Part shown: positions 9,015-18,614 of the stretch, in pieces | Layout: each line of letters opens with the position of its first letter | Position numbering within the stretch: position 1 is the first letter of the stretch | Source: a virus | Lineage: Duplodnaviria > Caudoviricetes | Strand: one strand, 5' to 3' | Virus record (IMG/VR): IMGVR_UViG_3300021075_000003 | Coordinates: 2,212 to 66,211 of that record | Length of the DNA: 64,000 nucleotides | Translations under genes and position numbers: made by a program | Notes under the pieces: generated by a model | Told to the model about the DNA's origin: nothing | Databases searched by the model: none | The model's input: the letters and a program-made list of their open reading frames with translations, nothing else

Positions 9015-11028
9015 GCAAGTTACGGCAAAGCATGCAAAGCTATGCTCGGACATACGTAGGCACGACCGTCTATACTATGTGGACGCGCAACCGACTATTA
9101 CGGATAAAGAATACGATGAGCTCTTTCAGGAACTGCTTGACTACGAGTCCAAGCATACCGCGCTAGACATCGCCGATAGTCCTACACAGCGTGTCGGCGG
9201 AGAACCCGTAGATAGCCTCAACTCGATAACACACGGCGAGTACATGCTATCGATCGATAACGCTTTCAATTCGGAGGAGTTAAGGAAGCGCTGGGATAAG
9301 TGGCATAAAGAGCTCGGTACAACTCCTCAAGTTATGCTGGAGGCAAAAGTAGACGGCTTGGCTGTCAGTTTGCTGTACAGTAACGGCGTACTGACGAGCG
9401 CGGTAACACGAGGCGACGGCTCCAAGGGTGACGACATCCTACACAGTGCGCGTAATATGCGCGGTGTGCCAATGAAGCTAGAGAAAACGGGCGCCCCGGA
9501 TTTCTTCAAAGATACCTTCGTAGAGGTTCGCGGTGAGGCGTTCATCAGCCAGGACGACTTTCGACGGCTAACCGCTGCGCAAACTAAAGCAGGAGAGAAG
9601 CCGTGGACACATCCCAGATCCGCGGCAGTGGGGGCGCTAAGGAGCCTAGATCCGAAACAAGCATGGGCGCGACACGTGCGCTTTATCATGCACGGCATAG
9701 GCACATGTTCAGCAAAACTACTTGCCGACAACTGGAATAGCACCAAGCACCAGTTTAAGCTCTACGGCATGCCTGTGATATTAACACTAGCGCATGGCGC
9801 ATTACAGTTTGACGACATATCTCCTACCGTAGACGCTGCACGGCGTACGATCGCTGCCAGCGAGCTACCTACGGACGGTGTGGTAGTTAAACTAAGCAAG
9901 TTTGCTGACCAGAATGCACTAGGCTCGTCCTCGCGTGCGATTAACTGGGCTATTGCTGTGAAGAAGGATCTCTACACAGGTATTACCACTGTAGCTAATT
10001 TGGCTATACAGGTAGGCAAGCTCGGCACCCTTACTCCAGTAGTACTGCTGAACCCAGTCGATATTGACGGCACCTCGATCACCAAAGCTACTCTGCATAA
10101 CTTTGATGAAGTGGATCGGCTTGATATACGTATGGGCGACACCGTGCTGGTAGAGAAAGCCGGTAAGATCATTCCGCACATCATTAGTGTGGATAAGAGT
10201 AAGCGCGTAGGCAGCCCCAAACCATTTCAACGGCCAACCACCTGTCCGTTGTGCAAGGGCGTAGCAGCGCAAGACGGAGTGGCAATCAAGTGTACTAACA
10301 CGCTAGGCTGTAACGCGCAGCTGGCAGCCACCATACTAGCAGCGGCAGATAGGGATCGACTTTGTATTGATGGACTTGGTCCGTCGCTTGTCCAGAACAT
10401 GATTAGTAATGGACTAGTCAAGAATTTTGTTGATCTGTGGTATCTGGGTAACAAGCGCAAAGAACTGATCGAGCTCGATAGGCTGGGCGAGAAGAGTGTT
10501 AACAAGCTACTAGCTGAGCTTGAAGCGGCTAAGAAGCTGCCGCCGGATAGATTGCTATCCTGTTTGAATATACCTGGCTTGGGTAGAACGAAATCCAAGC
10601 TACTGGTAAACACATACGGCAAACTTGAGGAGATCGCCAGTCTCTCTGTGGAGGAGTTGAAGCCGCTTGTAGGCAACGTGGCCAGCAAGTCGATCGCGGC
10701 TTGGTTTGAGAAGAAGGAAAATGTTGTGCTAATAGGCAAGCTATTAGCCCTGGGATTTAATCCCGGCGAAGAGGAAACACAGCCAGCTAGTGCAGACGGT
10801 CCGCTTGTAGGCAAGAAATGCTGCGCTACAGGATCATTTGAGAAGTACACCCGGGAAACCATCCATAACGCTATTGTTACTGCCGGCGGAACCGTGGCTT
10901 CTAGTGTTTCCAGCAAAACCGCCTACTTGATTGTAGGCAAAGACGGAGGATCAAAAGTAACCAACGCGGCAAAACTAAAGGTGCCGTGTCTAACGGAAGC
11001 GCAATTTGATGCGCTAATCAAAGTGTAA
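9004..11028 (+). CDS. ligA: NAD-dependent DNA ligase
   Basis: YYV..P.ITD.EYD Ia domain, EAKVDG, EVRGE, TDGVVVK, C4 Zn finger, HhH, C-terminal BRCT. Confidence 0.97.
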   Translation: MTNEQVTAKHAKLCSDIRRHDRLYYVDAQPTITDKEYDELFQELLDYESKHTALDIADSPTQRVGGEPVDSLNSITHGEYMLSIDNAFNSEELRKRWDKWHKELGTTPQVMLEAKVDGLAVSLLYSNGVLTSAVTRGDGSKGDDILHSARNMRGVPMKLEKTGAPDFFKDTFVEVRGEAFISQDDFRRLTAAQTKAGEKPWTHPRSAAVGALRSLDPKQAWARHVRFIMHGIGTCSAKLLADNWNSTKHQFKLYGMPVILTLAHGALQFDDISPTVDAARRTIAASELPTDGVVVKLSKFADQNALGSSSRAINWAIAVKKDLYTGITTVANLAIQVGKLGTLTPVVLLNPVDIDGTSITKATLHNFDEVDRLDIRMGDTVLVEKAGKIIPHIISVDKSKRVGSPKPFQRPTTCPLCKGVAAQDGVAIKCTNTLGCNAQLAATILAAADRDRLCIDGLGPSLVQNMISNGLVKNFVDLWYLGNKRKELIELDRLGEKSVNKLLAELEAAKKLPPDRLLSCLNIPGLGRTKSKLLVNTYGKLEEIASLSVEELKPLVGNVASKSIAAWFEKKENVVLIGKLLALGFNPGEEETQPASADGPLVGKKCCATGSFEKYTRETIHNAIVTAGGTVASSVSSKTAYLIVGKDGGSKVTNAAKLKVPCLTEAQFDALIKV

Positions 11029-11076
11029 CTACGAAGTTTATTCGTAATCACTTCTAACCCAAAGGAGCTGTTTAAG

Positions 11077-11400
11077 ATGAGTACTACCAACGATTTCTGT
11101 GGCGTTTGTGGCGAATTTGATACTTGTGTTTATGCCACAATGCCCGGCACTGCTATTGCTGTGGCCTATTGCCCGGATTGCAGTCTTGTTGGCGCCCAGC
11201 CTTTTGACCTGCTTGCTTTGCAAGTGGCGAAGGCCGGAGGGTTTGATGCAATGGTGTCTGGCGACGCCGTAGACTTACTACCAACCACTTACGACACACT
11301 AGAACGACTCGACCGCACGATGGAAGAATTCGAGGCGGCGGTCACCCACTGCGCTGCGTTCATTGAAATGAACGATCTGCAGGAGGTAGAAGGAAACTAA
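11077..11400 (+). CDS. hypothetical Zn-binding protein
   Basis: CGVC...CPDC; AGGAG SD. Confidence 0.6.
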   Translation: MSTTNDFCGVCGEFDTCVYATMPGTAIAVAYCPDCSLVGAQPFDLLALQVAKAGGFDAMVSGDAVDLLPTTYDTLERLDRTMEEFEAAVTHCAAFIEMNDLQEVEGN

Positions 11401-11855
11401 TGACGAAAACAACAGTACGGCCGGTGGCTACAAAAGCAACCAAATTACCGCAGTCCACAAAGCCTGCCCTGTCCAGCATCCAGCGCATAGTTATGCTCTG
11501 CATGTTCAACAACAACAAGCCGCTTAGCGACCGTGACTTGACGCTCCTCACTGGACGTCACAACAGTTCGGTGCGTGGAGCGCGTGAGGCGCTTGTTAAA
11601 GCTGGCATAGCCAAGCATAGCGGCTTTAAGTACCATGCCGACAGCCGGAAGGCCCACATGACTTGGAGCTACGTACCGCCAGGCCGCGGGCGTGGCCAAG
11701 CGGTGGAGGTGATGCTGCATAAGCGCATTATGGACTGCGTGAATAAGATCTCGTGCCTTAAAGAGTCGGTCAGGACCGACCGGCGCGCACTACGTGCGTT
11801 AGAGGCGAAGGCGGGCAAGAAACAGCGAGAGCTCGCCGCAGCGGCCGCCAGCTAA
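11400..11855 (+). CDS. putative winged-helix DNA-binding protein
   Basis: LSDRDLTLLTG..NSSVRGAREALVKAG wHTH-like pattern; basic. Confidence 0.5.
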   Translation: MTKTTVRPVATKATKLPQSTKPALSSIQRIVMLCMFNNNKPLSDRDLTLLTGRHNSSVRGAREALVKAGIAKHSGFKYHADSRKAHMTWSYVPPGRGRGQAVEVMLHKRIMDCVNKISCLKESVRTDRRALRALEAKAGKKQRELAAAAAS

Positions 11856-11873
11856 GCTACATATTGATACGTG

Positions 11874-11910
11874 AACACGGCCCGGCTATTATGGTCGGGC
11901 CGTGTTTATT
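11874..11910 (+). terminator. stem-loop / probable terminator
   Basis: aacacggcccggc / gtcgggccgtgtt followed by tatt. Confidence 0.6.
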
Positions 11911-11936
11911 AAGTAACCAACAATCGGAGGTCACAT

Positions 11937-12773
11937 GTGACTGAATTTGCTGACACTGGGCTTACACTAGAACAACCAGAAGCAATAGTAATCCCTGTAA
12001 TTGTTCCCAGCAGCCGCCGCAGAATGGCGCGCTATAACTCTAAATTAAGCGTATACCAGCTAGACACGCAGGGATGGACAGTAGTAGGTACCAATAGACT
12101 GTTTGGAGTTTACCAACTTCCGTTAAAGGCAGTCCATTGGGGTTTAGCGCACATACCAACAGGCTATGTACTATTCGGTAAATTTCGATTACGCGAAGAG
12201 GCAGAAGACTTTGGTTCTTGGGTGTGGCTTAACAGTGTAAACCGTGAGGGCTTAACGTTAGCTACGCAGACAGAGCTAGTAGCTGCGCTTGGTCCGCGTG
12301 TGCGCAGCCGAGCGTCGTCAGATAAGGTGCTGATTGGTAGACCTGTCCGTACGCGCAATATTGGTTGCGGCACAGAGACAACTACCACAGAGAAGCTAAT
12401 GCTGGAACGTGCGGCCGAGATGTATGCGGCACGGGCGGAGCTAAAAGAGGAGCAGACTAAATTCCTATTAGCGCTAAATACCAAAGAACAGCTAGCGGAG
12501 CGCACGCTTACACGGCTTGAGGCTATGAGTAAGGCTGCTTCTGAAAACCTAACTGCCAGTGAAAGCATGCGACGTAGCGTAGAAGCAGATAGAGCTGAAT
12601 TTGTCATTGATCAGCAGGACTTACGCATAGACGAGCAGCGACTAATACGGACGCGGGACAGCTTGGCGCGCGCTGTGCGAGGCTGTGTCGATCCAGACGA
12701 AGATGTAGGAGTATTGCGCGCACTGCGTGGTATTCGTTCGCGCGTGCCATTAACTAGCGAATTTTTAATCTAA
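11937..12773 (+). CDS. hypothetical protein with coiled-coil C-half
   Basis: GGAGG SD; 278 aa. Confidence 0.6.
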   Translation: MTEFADTGLTLEQPEAIVIPVIVPSSRRRMARYNSKLSVYQLDTQGWTVVGTNRLFGVYQLPLKAVHWGLAHIPTGYVLFGKFRLREEAEDFGSWVWLNSVNREGLTLATQTELVAALGPRVRSRASSDKVLIGRPVRTRNIGCGTETTTTEKLMLERAAEMYAARAELKEEQTKFLLALNTKEQLAERTLTRLEAMSKAASENLTASESMRRSVEADRAEFVIDQQDLRIDEQRLIRTRDSLARAVRGCVDPDEDVGVLRALRGIRSRVPLTSEFLI

Positions 12774-12786
12774 CTAAGGAGTAATC

Positions 12787-13374
12787 GTGTTTGACCACGT
12801 GTTTGTGGATATGGACGGCGTACTGTGTGACATGATAGGAGCCGTGCTGAAACTGCACGATCGATCAGACATGTACAAATCCGTAGAGTATCATTTTGAA
12901 CGTACTCTGGACATGAGCGTTGCAAATGCTTGGGCCCCTGTGATCGCCTCCGGCCCAAAATTCTGGGAAAACCTGGAAATGTTTCCGTGGGCTTTGGAGC
13001 TGATCGACTTCGCGAATAAGATATCGCGCGAAGTGACTATACTAACGCGCCCGCTAATACTGGAACATTCTGATGGGCGCGAGACTGGCTACTGCGTGCA
13101 AGGCAAACTAGCCTGGCTGCGGAAAAACTTGAACTGGAACAGAGACGTTATTTTTACTGCTAAGAAGAACGCAGTATCAAAGCCAGGAGCGTTGCTGATT
13201 GACGATGACGAACTGTATGAAGAACAGTTTAGAGCAGCAGGCGGACACCAGATCATTTGGCCGTCATTTCACAATAAGTTCAAAGATAAACAATTTTCCC
13301 CTATGAACGAGGCGTATCGTCAATACGCGCTCGCCTTACGGGAAATACGACACAAGAAATGGGGAACCACATGA
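12787..13374 (+). CDS. 5'(3')-deoxyribonucleotidase (HAD, NT5C-like)
   Basis: FVDMDGVLCD, K.AWL, LIDDD. Confidence 0.85.
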   Translation: MFDHVFVDMDGVLCDMIGAVLKLHDRSDMYKSVEYHFERTLDMSVANAWAPVIASGPKFWENLEMFPWALELIDFANKISREVTILTRPLILEHSDGRETGYCVQGKLAWLRKNLNWNRDVIFTAKKNAVSKPGALLIDDDELYEEQFRAAGGHQIIWPSFHNKFKDKQFSPMNEAYRQYALALREIRHKKWGTT

Positions 13375-13862
13375 CGCTGTTGGCAATTTGTGGCCATGGC
13401 AGGTCCGGCAAAGACACCGCATCAATTTTCCTGCAAGTACATTCCACACTTCGATATGAAGGCAGTACTTCAGAGGCGGCCGCGAAACTATGTTTTACGC
13501 AACTTCATGCCAAATATGGATATACGTCCGTAGAAGAGGCGTTTGCAGATAGGCATAGCCATAGACTAGAATGGGCAGAGATCATCTGGGACTATAATAA
13601 ACCAGACGGTATTCGCCTCTATGAGGATATGATAAAGAGTAGCGATATTCTCAACGGTATCCGGCGTAAGGGCGAGCTAGATGCTCTTCGTCAGAGATAT
13701 GCCGCTCTGCTAGTTATATGGATTGATCGGGAAGTGCCTACCGATCCGTCATTGGAAATGACCAAGGACGACGCAGACATAATCATACCGAACAACGGTA
13801 CGATACTTGAATTTCACAGCCGATTATTTCGTTTCGCAGCCACAGCTAAAATACTGAGGTGA
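13359..13862 (+). CDS. dNMP kinase-like P-loop protein
   Basis: ICGHGRSGKDT; GIRRKGE; ADIIIPNNG. Confidence 0.75.
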   Translation: MGNHMTLLAICGHGRSGKDTASIFLQVHSTLRYEGSTSEAAAKLCFTQLHAKYGYTSVEEAFADRHSHRLEWAEIIWDYNKPDGIRLYEDMIKSSDILNGIRRKGELDALRQRYAALLVIWIDREVPTDPSLEMTKDDADIIIPNNGTILEFHSRLFRFAATAKILR

Positions 13863-13865
13863 CAA

Positions 13866-14144
13866 ATGTTAGTTACAGTCGGCGGCAAAAAGTGGAATAT
13901 GTTGTTTGCTCCGACCCCAGGTTGTGATGGCGAGTGCGATCCGCCAAATAAGAAGAAGAAACAAATACGGCTACCAGCTAGATTAAAGAGAGACCAGCGC
14001 AGGCTTCTAACGGTAATTCTGCACGAATGCCTACACGCCTCTGACTGGTCTAAAGACGAAAGCTGGGTTGAACCTATTGCAGAAGATTTAGCGCGCATAC
14101 TGTGGCGCACGGGATTTAGATTATCAGAACCGAAAGAGCTTTAA
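13866..14144 (+). CDS. small zincin-like (HExxH) protein
   Basis: VILHECLH plus downstream E. Confidence 0.6.
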   Translation: MLVTVGGKKWNMLFAPTPGCDGECDPPNKKKKQIRLPARLKRDQRRLLTVILHECLHASDWSKDESWVEPIAEDLARILWRTGFRLSEPKEL

Positions 14145-14515
14145 TGCCAGTAACAGTACCAGTTGACAAATGTCACAGTGTAACCATGACCCCTTTACCC
14201 AATAAGGATGTCACAACATACGACAATCAAAGTATACAGTATCTGGACATACTATACTTTCGATTTGGTACTGGTCCCTCAGCATCTGAGTACACAGTGT
14301 TATCGCACTCTGCGATTAAAGAGCCAGGCAGCTATAAAGTTGCAGTGGTTGGACCTGCCGGTGTCCCCGGTTGGCTATCCGTAAAAGATTTAGTTAAGGA
14401 CAAAGCGGAGTGGTGGGCGTTTTACCAGAAACGGTACGCGGCAACCCCTCCAAAGGAAGAACAAAAAGAAGATGTCGAACGAAAACCAACTCGTAAGCGT
14501 AAACCAAGTACTTGA
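14144..14515 (+). CDS. hypothetical protein
   Basis: TAATG coupling. Confidence 0.55.
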   Translation: MPVTVPVDKCHSVTMTPLPNKDVTTYDNQSIQYLDILYFRFGTGPSASEYTVLSHSAIKEPGSYKVAVVGPAGVPGWLSVKDLVKDKAEWWAFYQKRYAATPPKEEQKEDVERKPTRKRKPST

Positions 14516-15104
14516 GTTAGACCGTCGCGTGGACAAGGAAGACGTGGCTGCGATCCTTATGGCTCGCGCCGAGGCGACGATCAAGAACCACATCAAAGCT
14601 TGCGAGTCGCTTGAGAAGAAGCTCAAGTTAGAGCAGGCAGAGCATAACAAGGAGTTGTACGAGTTACTCCAGGAATGCGCTAACACTGCTTCGGAAAAGA
14701 CGCTCAAGCTGCTTACCGATGCAGCTGCAGAACTTGGTTGCAAGGGAATCGTGACCAATGTATCGACTGAGGGATTATGCTCAACAAAGAACACCTTCAC
14801 GGCTGCGATTCACGTGCGCGCCAGCAAGCCAAATATCAGCTGGAGTGTCCAGTCAGATATCAAAGCCAACGCCGCTATCAAAGTCAACGCCAAGACTGGC
14901 AAGGACTTGCAGCAGCAGCTCCACAACAACAACGTCACCTGGATCGATTGGCGCCGTAAGTTGCAGGATCTGCCTTCGCTGGAGCGTCGCGCTAAGGCTG
15001 CCGTTGCGGCCGACCGTCTGCGCGACTCTGTAGAGGGTCAGCGCCTTCTTGAGGTACTGGAAGGCCAGTTGCTTGACGGTATTCAGCTTCTGGGCGTTAA
15101 CTAG
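14472..15104 (+). CDS. hypothetical coiled-coil protein
   Basis: 210 aa ORF. Confidence 0.6.
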   Translation: MSNENQLVSVNQVLELDRRVDKEDVAAILMARAEATIKNHIKACESLEKKLKLEQAEHNKELYELLQECANTASEKTLKLLTDAAAELGCKGIVTNVSTEGLCSTKNTFTAAIHVRASKPNISWSVQSDIKANAAIKVNAKTGKDLQQQLHNNNVTWIDWRRKLQDLPSLERRAKAAVAADRLRDSVEGQRLLEVLEGQLLDGIQLLGVN

Positions 15105-15118
15105 CCTAGGAGTTTAAT

Positions 15119-16330
15119 ATGGATACGGAACTGCTGGGATATATACAAACTGGGGTCAATACGTGGGAACCATTCTACGCCCAAGAGACAGCGCGTACAG
15201 CAGACCTAGACAAAATAGTGTTTGGATCTACGACTGAAGAATGCCAGCGCGCGCTAGAGGTCAAATATCCGCCGGAAGATCCAACACTTTGTAGGGTGTC
15301 GCTAATACACCGCTACGGCAACATACTCGATACTATTGAGATCATTCCTTCGGAGTTATGCTGTTACACGGGTTACAGCGTAGATGAGGCAATAGCCATA
15401 GGAAGACGTATCGGCAGTATTAGGGTATCTGGTGAACTGCTACACGATAACGTCGACAAGTTTACGGGCGCGGGTTTTTATGTTCCGCTTAAATTCCATA
15501 GCTGGTATAAATACTCGCTGAAGTACGACCCGAAGGGTGTGACCAGACTTCTCAAGATGCGCGGAACGCGGCAGCGCAATGGCCCAGTGCGCTGTACTGA
15601 TCTCTATAAGTTTGGTCGTAAGTTAGGCAAACTTATTGACAAGACCCCGATAACGGCGCCTTTGGTGGATTTTGGTAAGTTAAACGAGATGTGCAATTCG
15701 CTGTTGAGGCTGGTTGTAGTTTTTAACTATATCTATGGCGATAATGCGCATCGTAAGTTGCCGGAGTTTAGAGAAGTAAAGATCTTGTGGAAATCCAGGA
15801 AGACTCAAACAGAGAGACTGTTTAGAGAAGACAAGTCGATAGTTAACCACAACTGGGGATATTATCTGACTACCAGAAGGCAATTTTGTAACTGGATGGA
15901 TGCAGAGATAAGAGTTCGCGACGGCGCTCTATGTAACGAAAAAAGCTGGAAGCCATTACGTAAATGCCCCAGCATGGATAAATTTCTCGATGTTAATTAC
16001 AAGAAGAAGGAAGAACCGATGGCAAAGAAAAAAGCAGCCCCTAAGAAGGCGACTAAAAAGGCAGCCAAAAAAGCTGTGAAAAAGGTAGCCAAGAAGGCAG
16101 CCACCAAAAGTGCTAAGCTGGCCGCCTCGCGCGTCCGGTCGCCAAAACCGATCGCACCCCATATCGCTGAAGCCAGCGTCGACGTCTGTGTCCACGACAA
16201 CGTCGCGATCGCAGCCGGCCAAATTGACGACACGCAGTGTATCCAAAGCTGCAATGATAGCGGCGCAGATACCGCCAATGCCGCCCAAGATCTGGTCGAG
16301 TCCACAAACGACTGCTGCTGTTCTACGTAA
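15119..16330 (+). CDS. hypothetical protein with histone H1-like Lys/Ala-rich C-terminal segment
   Basis: AGGAG SD; MAKKKAAPKKATKKAAKKAVKK from internal ATG 16019. Confidence 0.65.
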   Translation: MDTELLGYIQTGVNTWEPFYAQETARTADLDKIVFGSTTEECQRALEVKYPPEDPTLCRVSLIHRYGNILDTIEIIPSELCCYTGYSVDEAIAIGRRIGSIRVSGELLHDNVDKFTGAGFYVPLKFHSWYKYSLKYDPKGVTRLLKMRGTRQRNGPVRCTDLYKFGRKLGKLIDKTPITAPLVDFGKLNEMCNSLLRLVVVFNYIYGDNAHRKLPEFREVKILWKSRKTQTERLFREDKSIVNHNWGYYLTTRRQFCNWMDAEIRVRDGALCNEKSWKPLRKCPSMDKFLDVNYKKKEEPMAKKKAAPKKATKKAAKKAVKKVAKKAATKSAKLAASRVRSPKPIAPHIAEASVDVCVHDNVAIAAGQIDDTQCIQSCNDSGADTANAAQDLVESTNDCCCST

Positions 16331-16806
16331 CGGTAAAGCGCATGCCAGTGAGTTCTCAAACTTTGGCCGTATCTTCGGCCGTGGTTTAGATGACTTCTGG
16401 GGTCGGCCAGGAAAAGACTTTGATGACGTGACTCGGATGTGGCCAAGTAATGCCTCTGGTTTCCACTTAGATGGTTTTCTAGCGGCGTTCCAGTTAGGCC
16501 CCGAACACAGCAAGCCCGACAAGGCCTCCAGGAAGCGATTCCTGAGCCTTATTAGGGTAAAGTGGGGCGAACCAGGGGTTGCGACCTTAACGCAGCTCCT
16601 GCCCCGTCCTAGCGCGTCAAAACGAAAATAAAGAAAAGAGGCTAAGGATGGACAGCGAGAGACAAAATCTTTATCGTGATTCGCAGCAAAGTTACCTCTT
16701 AATGAGGTTCAAATCCTGTTTGTAGTCATCGTAAAGATTGGACACTGTAGTTTGGTGATGCTCACCCGAAACTATAAGACCGTCGAGCTGGTGCCATGTT
16801 AGCCTG

Positions 16807-16847
16807 GCGGAGGGAGCGAACTAGAGGTTCGGCTCCCTCCGCTTTTT
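16807..16847 (+). terminator. Rho-independent terminator
   Basis: gcggagggagc / gctccctccgc plus T-tract. Confidence 0.8.
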
Positions 16848-16903
16848 ATATTAAAAATTTCTAACACTACTCAACTTCTTACTAAAAATAAAGAAATTCC
16901 GGA

Positions 16904-16935
16904 CTTTATTTCTTTCTGTTAAGAAAGAAATAAAG
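16904..16935. repeat. perfect 14-bp AT-rich inverted repeat
   Basis: ctttatttctttct-gtta-agaaagaaataaag. Confidence 0.85.
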
Positions 16936-17021
16936 GATAAACAGCTCCAAACATTTCTTCGAGGAAGTTGACATTTTCATCATGAGATGAATTTTAGCCG
17001 GTAAGTCCAATAGGATGCGAA

Positions 17022-17864
17022 ATGCCAAGGATTGAGTTTCAACTACAAACGCTACCGCTGCACCCTTCGATGGCAGCTCAGCTATACGCTGTAATACATC
17101 CGATTACCGGATCAGTAACAGACTACAAACAACAGATCATCGAACGGTTGCAAGTTATACAGGAAGCATGGCGTAGTCGTTTGCCAGCGCTACGAGACGC
17201 AGGATGTGAGCAATTACAGACTGAGAGATTGGCCTATATACGTAATTGTCCTCCATCTACTTGTGCATACTCGCCCAAGACGCAATCCTGCAACCTACGA
17301 ATTTGTCCGTATTGCCATGCGCGACGAGTGTCGAACATTTACGGACGGTTGCGCGAGCTGCTTCGTGCAAACCCAGGCGCGAAAGTGGCATCATGGAGAA
17401 AGTACACAGGGCACGAGGATGACGCCTCCCGCATCTACTTTGATGCGGATATGGGGTTGAACAAGACATTCCTGCGCGATGTATATCCGCAACAGAAGGA
17501 ATTCCGTCACGTTTTTCAGCAAGAAAACATGACAAGCGCAATCGGTGGAGTCTACTGGTACTCGATAACTCCCTACACATATAAGCGCATAGCTGCCGAT
17601 GGCAGTGAAGGACGCTGGAATACACTACACGGCTGTTGTGCGGTTATGCCGCCCGACTGGAAGTCTTGGAAGTCAGACGACTTGCGCGTTGTCAGACAGC
17701 CAGACGATTATCAACTTGCATGGCTCGTGGGGCGGTGTTTTCAGTATCGGCAACAATGGCTCTTAAGTGACCCAGACATAATGTCAGCCTTTCTGAATGC
17801 CACGCGTGGCGATGTTTTCCTCTCAGCATTCGGAAGGTTGGCCCCAAATGCCAAATCAAAATAG
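17022..17864 (+). CDS. Zn-finger protein, Rep/IS91-like N-terminal motif
   Basis: SCNLRICPYCHARR resembles the Zn motif of rolling-circle Rep/Y2 transposases; WNTLHG is a degenerate HUH. Confidence 0.5.
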   Translation: MPRIEFQLQTLPLHPSMAAQLYAVIHPITGSVTDYKQQIIERLQVIQEAWRSRLPALRDAGCEQLQTERLAYIRNCPPSTCAYSPKTQSCNLRICPYCHARRVSNIYGRLRELLRANPGAKVASWRKYTGHEDDASRIYFDADMGLNKTFLRDVYPQQKEFRHVFQQENMTSAIGGVYWYSITPYTYKRIAADGSEGRWNTLHGCCAVMPPDWKSWKSDDLRVVRQPDDYQLAWLVGRCFQYRQQWLLSDPDIMSAFLNATRGDVFLSAFGRLAPNAKSK

Positions 17865-18435
17865 TCCATCTTTTTATGTATTAGCAGATAAGTACGGTAT
17901 TGAGTCAGATATCCAGATTGAATTGTTACTGGCATTTGCTGAAAGCGTACAACCTGCATTCACTCACTGGCTAGCCGAGGTCGAAGCTGACCTAGCAAAA
18001 CCAGTTGAAGAAGCACCAGTGATTAGTGAAGCAGACGCGTTCTTTGATCGCGATCTGGCTTGTCGGTGTATTCCAGAGCTCTTGCAGCTGGAGTATGAAG
18101 ACTTAGACCCTGCAACGAATACGTATTTCCTCAGCGGCAAATACTTCGACCTGCTGCAGGAAACGTTAAAGGATAACAAGACAGCCGACGACGAAGCGTG
18201 TAATGAAATACTCGGCGGCTATTATTTGACACTGCCAGATGCCACGATACTCATCATGGTGCTGGATGGAGATTCTGTCGGAGGTCCGTATGTAGATGCG
18301 GTGATGGTTTTGCCCAAAGACACGCCATTTCGAGATGCGCCTAATGTATCGCTCGAACCGCGTGATACCCTTGTCGGGGAGTACTGCTTTGACTATCCCG
18401 ACGGAACAACAAGGACTCTTAAATTATGCAGTTAG
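17848..18435 (+). CDS. acidic hypothetical protein
   Basis: ORF likely starts at MPNQN. Confidence 0.55.
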   Translation: MPNQNSPSFYVLADKYGIESDIQIELLLAFAESVQPAFTHWLAEVEADLAKPVEEAPVISEADAFFDRDLACRCIPELLQLEYEDLDPATNTYFLSGKYFDLLQETLKDNKTADDEACNEILGGYYLTLPDATILIMVLDGDSVGGPYVDAVMVLPKDTPFRDAPNVSLEPRDTLVGEYCFDYPDGTTRTLKLCS

Positions 18436-18614
18436 CTGATGATAGAGCCGTAGAGAAGCAGCGACATTGTTTGCGCTGCAATAAAGAGTTTTTATCCACA
18501 GGCGCTGGTAATCGCATTTGTTCAAAATGCACCAGCAATGCGCCCAGCGTAAGCGGGCTCAGATGTATAACCTTTGACCACGAATCTGAAAGGAACACAG
18601 ATGCCAGTACCTAG
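18426..18614 (+). CDS. small C4 Zn-finger protein
   Basis: RHCLRCNKEFLS..GNRICSKC. Confidence 0.65.
   Translation: MQLADDRAVEKQRHCLRCNKEFLSTGAGNRICSKCTSNAPSVSGLRCITFDHESERNTDAST

Noticed and set aside
9327-10916. Long - strand ORFs antisense to ligA (and similar ones opposite hldE, dnaB and others)
   Set aside because: Shadow frames of well-supported + strand genes; no motifs or SDs
16690-16730. Canonical tRNA gene suggested by GGTTCAAATCC
   Set aside because: No acceptor stem, D-arm or anticodon arm could be assembled
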